Source: a virus
Taxonomy: Duplodnaviria > Caudoviricetes
DNA length: 56,184 nucleotides
Virus record (IMG/VR): IMGVR_UViG_3300042566_000389
Location: 1-56,184 of that record
Reading direction: 5' to 3' (one strand)
Shown here: positions 26,785 to 35,793 of the stretch, one piece after another
Numbering within the stretch: position 1 is the first letter of the stretch
How the letters are laid out: each line of letters opens with the position of its first letter
Made by a program: the position numbers and the translations under genes
The notes under the pieces: model-generated
The model's database searches: none
Told to the model about the DNA's origin: nothing
Seen by the model: the letters and a program-made list of their open reading frames with translations, nothing else

Positions 26785-27738
26785 ATGTCAACAGTTATTA
26801 GTGGCTCGACAGGCGTATATCCACAGCAGTGGACTACCGCTACGCGCCCGGCCAGTCCCTATGCAGGGCAAAGCGGTTTCAACTCAACCACAGGACAGCA
26901 TGAGTGGTATGACGGTACAGCATCAAGCTGGAAGCCGTTCTCTCAACCAGCAGGCTACCTGGTCAACTACCTTGTTGTAGCTGGAGGTGGGGGCGCTGGT
27001 AGTGGAGGCGGCGGTGCCGGTGGTGTTTTAGCAGGGTCTATATCGCTGTCATCTGGTAATGCGTACACGATTGCTATCGGCGCTGGCGGTGCTGGAACCG
27101 TATACAACAGCGGCGCTGCCCCGGCCTATTCTGGAGGCAACTCGTCCATAAGCGCGGTTGCTACTGCACTTGGCGGTGGTGGCGGCGGATGGGTTAACGG
27201 CAGTCTTGCGCTGAGTGGCGGGTCTGGCGGCGGTGCTGGCGCTGCTTCGTCAGGTGTTTACTCCGGTGGTACGGGAACAACTGGGCAGGGTTACGCCGGT
27301 GGATCGAACGGTACTAATGCTTCTCCTTATCCGGCTGGCGGGGGCGGCGGCGCAGGTGCTGTTGGCGGTACAGGCAGCGGCAGTGTTAGCGGAAGTGGAG
27401 GAGCAGGCGTATCAAGCAGCATCAGCGGTGCTGCTACATATTATGGTGGCGGTGGTGGCGGTGGCTCTACAAACTCAGGTGCAACTGCCGGGGCTGGTGG
27501 CGTAGGTGGCGGCGGCGCTGGTGGTGTGACCACCACAGGATCTAATGGATCTGCAAACTCCGGTGGCGGTGCTGGCGGTGGTCGTGACAACCCAGGCGTA
27601 TTTGGTGGCAATGGCGGGTCTGGAGTGGTAATTCTTAGTTACCTTGGATCACAGCGCGGAACTGGCGGTACGGTCACTTCGTCCGGTGGCTACACAATCC
27701 ATACGTTCACATCCTCCGGGACGTATTACTCATGGTAA
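26785..27738 (+). CDS. Glycine-rich tail fibre/adhesin 3
   Basis: Same architecture; TRPASP..YLVVAGGGG..YTIHTFTSSGTY. Confidence 0.8.
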   Translation: MSTVISGSTGVYPQQWTTATRPASPYAGQSGFNSTTGQHEWYDGTASSWKPFSQPAGYLVNYLVVAGGGGAGSGGGGAGGVLAGSISLSSGNAYTIAIGAGGAGTVYNSGAAPAYSGGNSSISAVATALGGGGGGWVNGSLALSGGSGGGAGAASSGVYSGGTGTTGQGYAGGSNGTNASPYPAGGGGGAGAVGGTGSGSVSGSGGAGVSSSISGAATYYGGGGGGGSTNSGATAGAGGVGGGGAGGVTTTGSNGSANSGGGAGGGRDNPGVFGGNGGSGVVILSYLGSQRGTGGTVTSSGGYTIHTFTSSGTYYSW

Positions 27739-27941
27739 TTAAACCGGACTGGAAACAAATCCTGCGCAAAGCATGGAGCGTTCGACTCATCATCCTGGCT
27801 GGCTTGTTCAGCGGCCTGGAGGTGGTTGTTCCTCTGTTCAGCGATGCAATCCCACGCAACATGTTTGCTTTGCTTAGCGGTATCAGTACAGCTGGTGCGC
27901 TAATAGCGCGGGTGATGATGCAGAGGAATATGGATGAATAA
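27732..27941 (+). CDS. Holin/antiholin
   Basis: 69 aa, two TM segments, WK..AWSVR, directly before the endolysin. Confidence 0.7.
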   Translation: MVIKPDWKQILRKAWSVRLIILAGLFSGLEVVVPLFSDAIPRNMFALLSGISTAGALIARVMMQRNMDE

Positions 27942-28392
27942 GGTTCGAACTGCTGCCGCCAGCCTGGTGGTGAGTGGAAGCGTTCTCGTGGGCTTGGCTG
28001 TTCACGAGGGGTACGTTGGCACCGCCTACAAGGATCCGGTTGGAATCCCCACGATCGGATTTGGCGAAACAGCTGGAGTGCAGATGGGGCAAACCACGAC
28101 TCCAGTACGAGCGCTGGTTCAACTCCTGGATAGCGCCAACAAACACGCCAAAGGGATGGTTGAGTGCATCAAGGTGCCGATCAGCCAGAACGAGTTCGAT
28201 GCGTACCTGGACTTCACCTACAACGTAGGGGTCGGTGCCTTCTGCAGATCCGGCCTGGCCAAGCTGCTTAATCAAGGCAAGTACGAGGAAGCGTGCGCTG
28301 AGCTGAAGAAGTGGGTGTACGCAGGCGGCAAGGTGCTTCCTGGCCTCGTCACACGCAGAGAGAAGGAATACAAAACATGTATTGGGGAATAG
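27934..28392 (+). CDS. GH24 lysozyme, SAR-type endolysin
   Basis: Weakly hydrophobic N-terminus, HEG..AYKDPVGIPTIGFG catalytic E/D/T, YNVG, GLVTRR.KE. Confidence 0.92.
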   Translation: MNKVRTAAASLVVSGSVLVGLAVHEGYVGTAYKDPVGIPTIGFGETAGVQMGQTTTPVRALVQLLDSANKHAKGMVECIKVPISQNEFDAYLDFTYNVGVGAFCRSGLAKLLNQGKYEEACAELKKWVYAGGKVLPGLVTRREKEYKTCIGE

Positions 28393-28838
28393 ATGTCCGT
28401 GTGATCGGAATCGCGGTGGCTACGGTTGTCATCTTCTTTGCCGGATGGTTTGGTAATGGCTGGCGCTGGGAAACGAAGTATGTGGCGCTACAGAAGTCGC
28501 ATGCCGAAGCTGTCATCCAGGCTCAGCGTGAAGCTAAGCGCAAGGAGCAGATCCTCCAATCCCAAGCTGACCAACAACTGGTAGAGAAGAATGTCCAAAT
28601 CAAAGCTATTCGCACTGAGCTTGACCGTGCTCTTGTCGAGCTGCGCAAGCGTCCCTCCCGTGTGCCAGTGCCCAACGCTCCCGCCTCTAGTAAAGGAGCA
28701 ACCGGAGCCGACCTTTCAAGAGAGGATGCAGAATTTCTTATCCGGGAAGCTGCCAGGGCCGACGGGCTTGTAGCCCAGCTGCAGTACTGCTATCGGATGT
28801 ACGACGAAGCTAGGGGTGCCCTGTCGGGTAAACCCTAA
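28377..28838 (+). CDS. Rz: Inner-membrane spanin
   Basis: N-terminal TM, AGW..NGWR, coiled coil. Confidence 0.8.
   Translation: MYWGIDVRVIGIAVATVVIFFAGWFGNGWRWETKYVALQKSHAEAVIQAQREAKRKEQILQSQADQQLVEKNVQIKAIRTELDRALVELRKRPSRVPVPNAPASSKGATGADLSREDAEFLIREAARADGLVAQLQYCYRMYDEARGALSGKP
28591..28773 (+). CDS. Rz1: Outer-membrane lipoprotein spanin, embedded in Rz
   Basis: Signal peptide with lipobox LSSC, Pro-rich, nested in the +1 frame. Confidence 0.75.
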   Translation: MSKSKLFALSLTVLLSSCASVPPVCQCPTLPPLVKEQPEPTFQERMQNFLSGKLPGPTGL

Positions 28839-28912
28839 ATATCACACAACTACAATATCAGCAAGCGTAATACAATATAGCCTGTTTGATATTCAATGCT
28901 CGGTAAAAACAA

Positions 28913-29155
28913 ATGAGTCTTGAAATTCACCGCGATCTTGGAAAGCACGAGGCTCAGATCGAGTCATTGAACGAACAGGTCAAGCGCATGCACGAGGATC
29001 AGCAGCTAATGATGGCGCAGCTGGCCGACATCAAGCAGACCCTCTCCGAAGCAAAAGGCGGGTGGAAGACCCTGATGTGGGTTGGCGGGTTCTCCGCAGC
29101 CCTGGGCGGAATAATCGTAAAGGTGATGACGTGGATGCAGATTCTCCCAAAGTAA
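28913..29155 (+). CDS. Coiled-coil + TM protein (XhlA/holin-like)
   Basis: Coiled coil then GGWKTLMWVGGFSAALGG. Confidence 0.6.
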   Translation: MSLEIHRDLGKHEAQIESLNEQVKRMHEDQQLMMAQLADIKQTLSEAKGGWKTLMWVGGFSAALGGIIVKVMTWMQILPK

Positions 29156-29427
29156 ATACCCCGGCCATTGTGTTGGTCGAGTGGTTAGATGCGGAACATG
29201 AGTTCGGCTGGATGGACGGCAACGAACTCGAAGATCAAGAACCGGTTCTCAACTGCTTCACGGTTGGCTGGCTATTGAAAAAGACAAAGACACACATCCG
29301 AGTGTGCCAAACGTTCTCACACAACAACCATGCCCAGACCTTGGTGATACCAAAGGGAATGATTGTGTCGATGACGGTTCTTCAACCTCCGATCTCAAGG
29401 TGTCCCAGTGGCCACAAAAATAAGTGA
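29131..29427 (+). CDS. Conserved hypothetical protein
   Basis: GTG start; VLVEWLDA..GW..TVGWL..IPKGMI. Confidence 0.6.
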   Translation: MDADSPKVNTPAIVLVEWLDAEHEFGWMDGNELEDQEPVLNCFTVGWLLKKTKTHIRVCQTFSHNNHAQTLVIPKGMIVSMTVLQPPISRCPSGHKNK

Positions 29428-30346
29428 TGAAGTGTTTATCAGTACATGGCAACGATTGCAGAACGCAACACTTGTTTCCAAAGAGCTAGACCTGGATCTG
29501 CGGTCAGTGCATCGCAGACGTAAGAGCCTCGAGGGCAGATACACGCTGCCGTTGAAATCAGCAGACCCACGATCACCAACATTCGTCCGACGAGAACACT
29601 CTCCGCGGATCGACTGCGAGATGCAGAACGGAGTGATCGTAGTTGGATCGGACGCGCATTATTGGCCTGGTGTTATCAGCACCGCTCATAAAGCATTTGT
29701 AGCAACGATTAAAGAATTAAAGCCTCAACTTGTAGTTGTCAACGGAGACCTCTTTGATGGGGCACGAGTAAGCCGCTGGCCGCGATCCGACTGGTCGCAA
29801 AGCCCTACGGTTAAAGACGAGCTACAGGCCGTTTCAGATCGCTTGTTTGAAATCAAGCAAGCAGCCGGAAGCGCAAAGATTTGGTGGTGCCTCGGCAATC
29901 ACGACATGCGCTTCGAAACCAAGCTGGCCAATATGGTTCCAGAGTTCGAAGGCGTGAAAGGCTTTGCGCTGCAAGATCATTTTCCAGAAGTGCCAATGAC
30001 CATCAGCTTGATGATCAACGGCAACCTGATGATCAAGCATCGCTATCACAACGGTGTGCATGCCACGTTCAACAACGCTTTAAAGAGCGGCGTGAATATG
30101 GTCACAGGTCACCTGCACCGTCTCCAGGCTACGGTCTTCAGCGACTACAACGGATCTCGTTGGGGTGTTGACTGCGGAACCTTGGCGGACACGGAAGGTG
30201 ATCACATGCACTACGGCGAAGACAACCCGATGAATCATTGCTCTGGGTTTGCCGTTCTCACCATCCACGATGGGCAGTTGTTGCATCCAGAGTTCTGCTC
30301 TGTGCACAACGAGAAAGCATTCTTTAGAGGTAAACAAGTGGTGTAA
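29408..30346 (+). CDS. Calcineurin-like metallophosphoesterase with N-terminal HTH-like region
   Basis: SDAH, NGDLFD, GNHD, GHLH motifs. Confidence 0.85.
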   Translation: MATKISDEVFISTWQRLQNATLVSKELDLDLRSVHRRRKSLEGRYTLPLKSADPRSPTFVRREHSPRIDCEMQNGVIVVGSDAHYWPGVISTAHKAFVATIKELKPQLVVVNGDLFDGARVSRWPRSDWSQSPTVKDELQAVSDRLFEIKQAAGSAKIWWCLGNHDMRFETKLANMVPEFEGVKGFALQDHFPEVPMTISLMINGNLMIKHRYHNGVHATFNNALKSGVNMVTGHLHRLQATVFSDYNGSRWGVDCGTLADTEGDHMHYGEDNPMNHCSGFAVLTIHDGQLLHPEFCSVHNEKAFFRGKQVV

Positions 30347-31978
30347 ATGACAGTTCTCAAAGCAACAGCCTTCAGCGGCTTAAATCCACGTACAGACCCA
30401 CGTTTGCTACCGGACAACGCAGCCGTTAAGGCTGTTAATGGGAAGCTGCAGACGGGCACACTTAAGCCATACAAGGCTCCAGGCACGATCGCATCGCTGT
30501 CGAAGCCTGGGACTATCAAGACAATCTATCGCTTCGGGGAAGAGGTCGTCGGTGATGCCAACTACTGGTTTCACTGGACGACCGATGTCAACGTTGTCAA
30601 AGGCCCGTTGTCCGACGATGCGTTTGAGCGCACGTACTACACGGGTGACGGCGTTCCCAAGATGACCACCAACGCAATTGCATTAACCGGTGGCACAAAC
30701 TACCCGATGAACTATTACAACCTCGGGTTGCCTTCTCCTTCCTCAGCTATCACCGCCTCAGTCACTGGCTCGCCTACCGAAGCATCGGCCTTGGCAGAAA
30801 CTCGCGTCTACACCTACACGTTCGTCTCTGAACTGGGTGAAGAAAGCGCTCCCGCTGAAGCATCCAATGCGGCTGACGTAAAGGTTGGCCAATCGGTTGT
30901 GTTGACAGGCATGAGCACGGCTCCTGTAGGCGCATACAACGTAACGACCAAGCGAATCTACCGTTCCGTCCAAGGATCTGGTGGAGCTGGTTATCTGTTC
31001 GTTGCCGAGATCCCTGCTGCAAACACCTCCTATACGGACAGCGTGTTGGCTGCAAACCTGGGTGAATCTCTTGTGTCTCTGTCCTGGGATACGCCGCCGG
31101 AAGACATGGCTGGCTTGTGCATCATGGCAAACGGCATCATGGCTGGCTTCTCCGGTAAGGACATCTGCTTCTCAGAACCTTTTGTTCCGCACGCCTGGCC
31201 GACCGGATACCGCCTGCAGTCCGACCACAACATCGTTGGCATCAGCGCGTTCGGTACGTCCCTATTTGTTGGCACAGACGCATTCCCATACATCATCACT
31301 GGTATCGACCCAAGCGGCATGACGATGACGAAAAGCCCGTCGCGCCAAGCTTGTGTATCCAAGCGTTCGATCGTTGATATGGGCGGTGGCGTGTTCTACG
31401 CATCACCCGATGGCATCTGCCTGGCTGACGGTAACGGGGTGCAGGTACTGACCACGCAGCTGATGACTCAGGATGAATGGCAGGCATACAACCCATCTTC
31501 GATCCATGCCACCCAGCTCGATGGGCGTTACTTCGCCTTCTACGACACGGGCACAGTGCAGGGATGTCTCGTCCTGGATCCGACAGGAGATGGCGCTCAG
31601 CTATGGGAGAGCGATGTCTATTACACCGCGGCGTACAACAACGTCAAAGCGGATGCGATGTACCTGGCTACGACCGGCAGCGTCAAGAAGTGGGACGCAG
31701 GATCAACCAACCTGACTTATCAGTGGAAGTCGAAGACCTTTGTGTTGGCCAAGCCAGAGAACATCGGTGTCGGCCAGGTGTTCGCCAATGCTTATCCGGT
31801 GACGATGAAGGTCTATGCGGATGGCATGCTCAAGACAACCAAGACGGTTGCAAATGAATACCCGTTCAAGTTGCCATCAGGCTTCAAGGCTCGCGAGTGG
31901 GCATTCGAGCTGGTTGGTTCAAATGAGGTCACGTCTGCTCAGCTGGCATCCACAACGATGGAGTTGACCCAGGCATGA
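30347..31978 (+). CDS. Tail nozzle/stabilisation protein (P22 gp10/T7 gp12 analog)
   Basis: FSGLNPR.DPRLLP, FSEPFVPHAWP, YASPDG, WKSK; beta-rich. Confidence 0.75.
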   Translation: MTVLKATAFSGLNPRTDPRLLPDNAAVKAVNGKLQTGTLKPYKAPGTIASLSKPGTIKTIYRFGEEVVGDANYWFHWTTDVNVVKGPLSDDAFERTYYTGDGVPKMTTNAIALTGGTNYPMNYYNLGLPSPSSAITASVTGSPTEASALAETRVYTYTFVSELGEESAPAEASNAADVKVGQSVVLTGMSTAPVGAYNVTTKRIYRSVQGSGGAGYLFVAEIPAANTSYTDSVLAANLGESLVSLSWDTPPEDMAGLCIMANGIMAGFSGKDICFSEPFVPHAWPTGYRLQSDHNIVGISAFGTSLFVGTDAFPYIITGIDPSGMTMTKSPSRQACVSKRSIVDMGGGVFYASPDGICLADGNGVQVLTTQLMTQDEWQAYNPSSIHATQLDGRYFAFYDTGTVQGCLVLDPTGDGAQLWESDVYYTAAYNNVKADAMYLATTGSVKKWDAGSTNLTYQWKSKTFVLAKPENIGVGQVFANAYPVTMKVYADGMLKTTKTVANEYPFKLPSGFKAREWAFELVGSNEVTSAQLASTTMELTQA

Positions 31979-33528
31979 GCGAGATCGTTCTCACGGGCGA
32001 TGGCCCAAAGATCCCCCAGATTCCAACCGTCCCGATTTCTGATCAGAACGTGCGCACGGCTGTTGAAGGCATCAGGAATATCTTCAATACCAGAGCGTTC
32101 GGCAAGAACGAGGTTGACCGCTGGGTGACTTGGCGTGATCTGGTGAAGAGCAACATCGTTGTCTACCGAGATGGCGACACCACGTTCACCGGTAATCAGG
32201 GCGGCAACTTCTTTCCTATTGGAGAGGATCCGGCCGATTTCACGCCACCACCCGCTCCGGTCAACCTGACGGCTGTATCAGCGGCTTTGACGGTGATCCT
32301 GGAATGGGATGACCCTCAGTACGCCAACCTCGCCTACGCAGAGATCTGGCGCTCCACAACCAATGACCTTGGCGCAGCAGTCAGGATTGGCACAACGGTC
32401 TCGTTTCTGTACGCAGATGCAGTTGGCGCTGGCAGCATCACCTATTACTACTGGGTGCGCCTGGTTTCCAAGAAGGACATCGTTGGGGCATACAACTCCT
32501 TGATTGGGACGATGGCAGCAACCGGTCTGATTGGCAACGTTGATCTTGGGCCTTTGATTGTTGAAGCCGCGAACCTTGCAGTCGATGCGGTTGAAGAAGG
32601 CAAGATCAAAGACTTCGCAGTCACAACAACCAAGATTGCAAACCTGGCTGTCGGTAACGCTGCGATTGCCAATGGCGCTATCACCAACGCAAAGATCGAG
32701 AACCTGGCGGTTGACTCAGCCAAGATTGCCGACGCTGCGATTGTTGCCGCCAAGATTGCTGATGCGACGATCACGACGGCCAAGATCGGGGATGCCCAGA
32801 TCACGGGTGCAAAGATCGCCAACGCCACGATTGGTACGGCGAACATCACCGACGGTGCAATTACAAACGCCCTGATTGGTGACGCGCAGATCTCAACAGC
32901 CAAGATTCAGACGGCTGCGATTACCAACGCCAAGATTCTGGATGCCACGATTACCGGGGCAAAGATCGCTAGCGCGACGATCGGTACAGCCTTGATTGCT
33001 GACGCTGCCATCGTTTCTGCGTTGATTGCGGATGCTGCGATTGTTGAGGCGAAGATTGCTTCAGCCGCTATCAGCTCGGCCAAGATTCAAGATGCTGCCA
33101 TCACGAACGCAAAGATCGGATCAGCCGCTATTACCAGCGCCAAGATCGGTGACCTCGAGGTGGGCACGATCAAGATTGCTGGCAACGCGGTGTCATTCGG
33201 TGGTGCTGTGGTGGGTAGTGGCGCAGCCGGGTTCTATACGGCAGTCGGTGGGACGCTGGCGGTCACGGCATACGCAGGTGGCACGTCAAACGGCGGCAAC
33301 CTGTTCTACATCATCGTAGACGGCACGACGATTGACACGTTCCCAGCTGGTGCTCCGGTGTGGAGAAACAGTGGCGGCGATGCTGGCGCTTTGTATATCG
33401 AGGCGTATGGCGCGATGTCGGGCGTGTCGTCTATCTATCTTGGCCCAGGTAGTCATTCTGTTGGCTTCTACTTGGCAGACCAGGCATACAGCCCCGCCAG
33501 GATTATTTGGAACTTCTTCCAGCGATGA
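31975..33528 (+). CDS. Tail tip/fibre protein with FN3-like domain and AKI.DA.IT repeats
   Basis: TPPPAP..EIWRS..YYWVR then many decapeptide repeats. Confidence 0.75.
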   Translation: MSEIVLTGDGPKIPQIPTVPISDQNVRTAVEGIRNIFNTRAFGKNEVDRWVTWRDLVKSNIVVYRDGDTTFTGNQGGNFFPIGEDPADFTPPPAPVNLTAVSAALTVILEWDDPQYANLAYAEIWRSTTNDLGAAVRIGTTVSFLYADAVGAGSITYYYWVRLVSKKDIVGAYNSLIGTMAATGLIGNVDLGPLIVEAANLAVDAVEEGKIKDFAVTTTKIANLAVGNAAIANGAITNAKIENLAVDSAKIADAAIVAAKIADATITTAKIGDAQITGAKIANATIGTANITDGAITNALIGDAQISTAKIQTAAITNAKILDATITGAKIASATIGTALIADAAIVSALIADAAIVEAKIASAAISSAKIQDAAITNAKIGSAAITSAKIGDLEVGTIKIAGNAVSFGGAVVGSGAAGFYTAVGGTLAVTAYAGGTSNGGNLFYIIVDGTTIDTFPAGAPVWRNSGGDAGALYIEAYGAMSGVSSIYLGPGSHSVGFYLADQAYSPARIIWNFFQR

Positions 33529-33890
33529 ACGAATACATTTCCTTTTACGACTCGACAGGCAAGATTATCGGGATGGCGTCATCCCAGGCAGAGGTGATGC
33601 CGATGATCAAAGAGAACACCACCGATCCGTATGTGGACGGTGAATGGTTTGGTCACCCTGTTTACGTACTGGACGGGCAAGTAACTCCCAGACCCGCAAA
33701 CCCATCTGTCTTGACAGGGACAACGCTGACCAACGTGCCAGTGCCAGCCACGATCAAGATCAACGACGCAACATACGAATCAAACGAATCCAGAGTTGAA
33801 CTCGGATTTAGTCAGCCCGGTACATACAGGGTTACGGTGATTGCCTGGCCGAACCTGGACAAGGAGTTCCAAATTGAAAATCCAGCATAG
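33525..33890 (+). CDS. Tail-associated protein
   Basis: Coupled; FYDSTGKI..PGTYRV..WP. Confidence 0.65.
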   Translation: MNEYISFYDSTGKIIGMASSQAEVMPMIKENTTDPYVDGEWFGHPVYVLDGQVTPRPANPSVLTGTTLTNVPVPATIKINDATYESNESRVELGFSQPGTYRVTVIAWPNLDKEFQIENPA

Positions 33891-34056
33891 CGAGGACTAC
33901 CGAAAGCTCAGAGCTGCGGAGTACCCAAAGATTGGAGACCAGCTGGACGCGATCTACAAGCTGGCTCAGTGGATGAAGAACAGCCAGTCGATGCCAGTCG
34001 AGACGTTGGAGTGGCTGGATCAAGTAGCAGCAGTTAAGTCGAAGTACCCAAAGTAG
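33874..34056 (+). CDS. Small tail assembly protein
   Basis: AAGGAG + TTG; YRKLRAAEYP.IGDQLDA..VKSKYPK. Confidence 0.65.
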   Translation: MKIQHSEDYRKLRAAEYPKIGDQLDAIYKLAQWMKNSQSMPVETLEWLDQVAAVKSKYPK

Positions 34057-34114
34057 CAACGTTTGCCGACAGTTATCGCTATTAAAATAGCAAAACAGCA
34101 ACACTAATCACTAT

Positions 34115-34522
34115 ATGTCTACCCGTTTGATTATCGATGACGATCGCGTCTACAAATTCCTGCGAGAGCAGGGTGTGGACTTGGCTCGTGCAGCGGATCA
34201 ACAGGGCATCGGACTGGAGCGTGATGGTGAGCTGGTCGGCGGTGTGTTGTACGAAGGTTTCAACGGCCCGAACATCTGGATGCACTGTGCCGGAGTGGGC
34301 AATTGGATAACGAAGTCACTGCTCAAAGCAGCCTTCGCCTATCCGTTCGTTCAGCTTGGTGTCAGCAATGTCTGGGGCTGGGTTGACGCATCCAATGCCA
34401 AGGCTCGTCGGTTAAACGAACACCTGGGATTTACACAACAGACAGTGATTCCGGGTGCTGCCAAAGATGGCGACGTAATCATTTACCGCATGACACGCGA
34501 GGGATGTCGATTCCTCCGATAA
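34115..34522 (+). CDS. GNAT acetyltransferase-like virion morphogenesis protein
   Basis: FAYPFVQLG..N.KARRLNEHLGF; precedes the ejection genes like P22 gp14/T7 gp13. Confidence 0.75.
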   Translation: MSTRLIIDDDRVYKFLREQGVDLARAADQQGIGLERDGELVGGVLYEGFNGPNIWMHCAGVGNWITKSLLKAAFAYPFVQLGVSNVWGWVDASNAKARRLNEHLGFTQQTVIPGAAKDGDVIIYRMTREGCRFLR

Positions 34523-34533
34523 GGATCTAAAGA

Positions 34534-35793
34534 ATGTTTGATGAAATGAACCGCTTCGGCAAGCACGCCGATTTCATGGCCTTCTACGGCGATGAGTGCG
34601 ATGACCCCAGAGACCCAGTAGCACGCCGTATTGCTGTTCGCAAGAAAGGCAACGTGTGTTTTGGCGGTAAAGGCGGAGACGCACCTGATCCCAACCCCGG
34701 CATGCTTGCATCAGCTGACGCTGCACGCGAGATCGCTCAGGTTCAGAAGCAAACGGCTGACGAAACGCTGAACTTCTACAAGCAGCAGTACGCCGAGATG
34801 AAGCCGATGATTCAGGAAGTCATGCAGAATGACATGAACATCGCCAAGGCGAACGCTGCCCGTGCGGATGAATACGCTCAGTACGAACGTGAGACGTTCC
34901 GCCCACTCGAGAAGAACCTGGTCAAAGACGCAGAGGAATACTCGACTGAAGGCAAGCGTGAAGCCCTGGCAACCAAGGCCGCGGCTGATGTCAACACAGG
35001 ATTTACAAACGCACGCGAACAAGAGGGACGAGCACTGTCTCGCATGGGTGTCAACCCGAACTCTGGTCGCTTCGCTGCGTTAAACAAACAACTCACTCTC
35101 GGTCAGGCTGCAACTTCAGCTGGCGCAATGACGAAGGCTCGCGATGACGCTGAGCAACTTGGCTTTGCACGTCGGATGGACGTAACGCAGCTTGGTCGTG
35201 GTTTGGCTGGTAACGCATCTACTGCCTACGGCGTATCGATGGGTGCTGGTGAGGCGGCTCGTAACAGCGCGATCGCTGGCGGCAACTTCATGGGTGGCGG
35301 CTACGGTGCAGCTCAGGCTGGATACAGCGGCGCAGCCAACTCATACGGTACGGCAGGCAACATCTATGGCCAGGAATTCCAAGGCCGTATGCAGGGCTAC
35401 CAAGCGCAACAGCAAGCATCTAGCTCAGCGATGTCTGGTATCGGATCCATGATCGGTACCGGTATCGGTGCGTATATGAGCGGCGGTTTGTCACTGGCAG
35501 CTGCAGCAGGGAAGAAAGCGGACGGCGGGATTATCAGAAAAGCGAATGGCGGCAAGGTAACGCGTCGTGCACTCAAGCTAGCTGATGGCACTCATGTTGG
35601 TGCAGGCCCAGTCGCTGGCCCAGGTGGCCCGGTCGATGACAAGGTACCTGCTCTGCTGTCAGATGGCGAATACGTCCTGCCAGCAGACACCGCAGCCAAG
35701 ATTGGCAAAGACAAACTCGACAAGCTGGTTGACAAGACGCATACACCAGCCGCTGTACAGCGCAAGCGCAAAGCACTCAAGGGGAAAAAATAA
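34534..35793 (+). CDS. DNA ejection (pilot) protein 1
   Basis: CF-GGKGG N-terminal motif, RMGVNPNSG, Gly/Ala membrane-like segment, C-terminal ADGG..GPG..DD.VPALLSDGEYV. Confidence 0.75.
   Translation: MFDEMNRFGKHADFMAFYGDECDDPRDPVARRIAVRKKGNVCFGGKGGDAPDPNPGMLASADAAREIAQVQKQTADETLNFYKQQYAEMKPMIQEVMQNDMNIAKANAARADEYAQYERETFRPLEKNLVKDAEEYSTEGKREALATKAAADVNTGFTNAREQEGRALSRMGVNPNSGRFAALNKQLTLGQAATSAGAMTKARDDAEQLGFARRMDVTQLGRGLAGNASTAYGVSMGAGEAARNSAIAGGNFMGGGYGAAQAGYSGAANSYGTAGNIYGQEFQGRMQGYQAQQQASSSAMSGIGSMIGTGIGAYMSGGLSLAAAAGKKADGGIIRKANGGKVTRRALKLADGTHVGAGPVAGPGGPVDDKVPALLSDGEYVLPADTAAKIGKDKLDKLVDKTHTPAAVQRKRKALKGKK

Noticed and set aside
24390-27738. DGR or invertible cassette among the Gly-rich paralogs
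   Set aside because: No reverse transcriptase or invertase, no adenine-specific TR/VR pair, no inverted repeats; all genes are co-oriented and diverged
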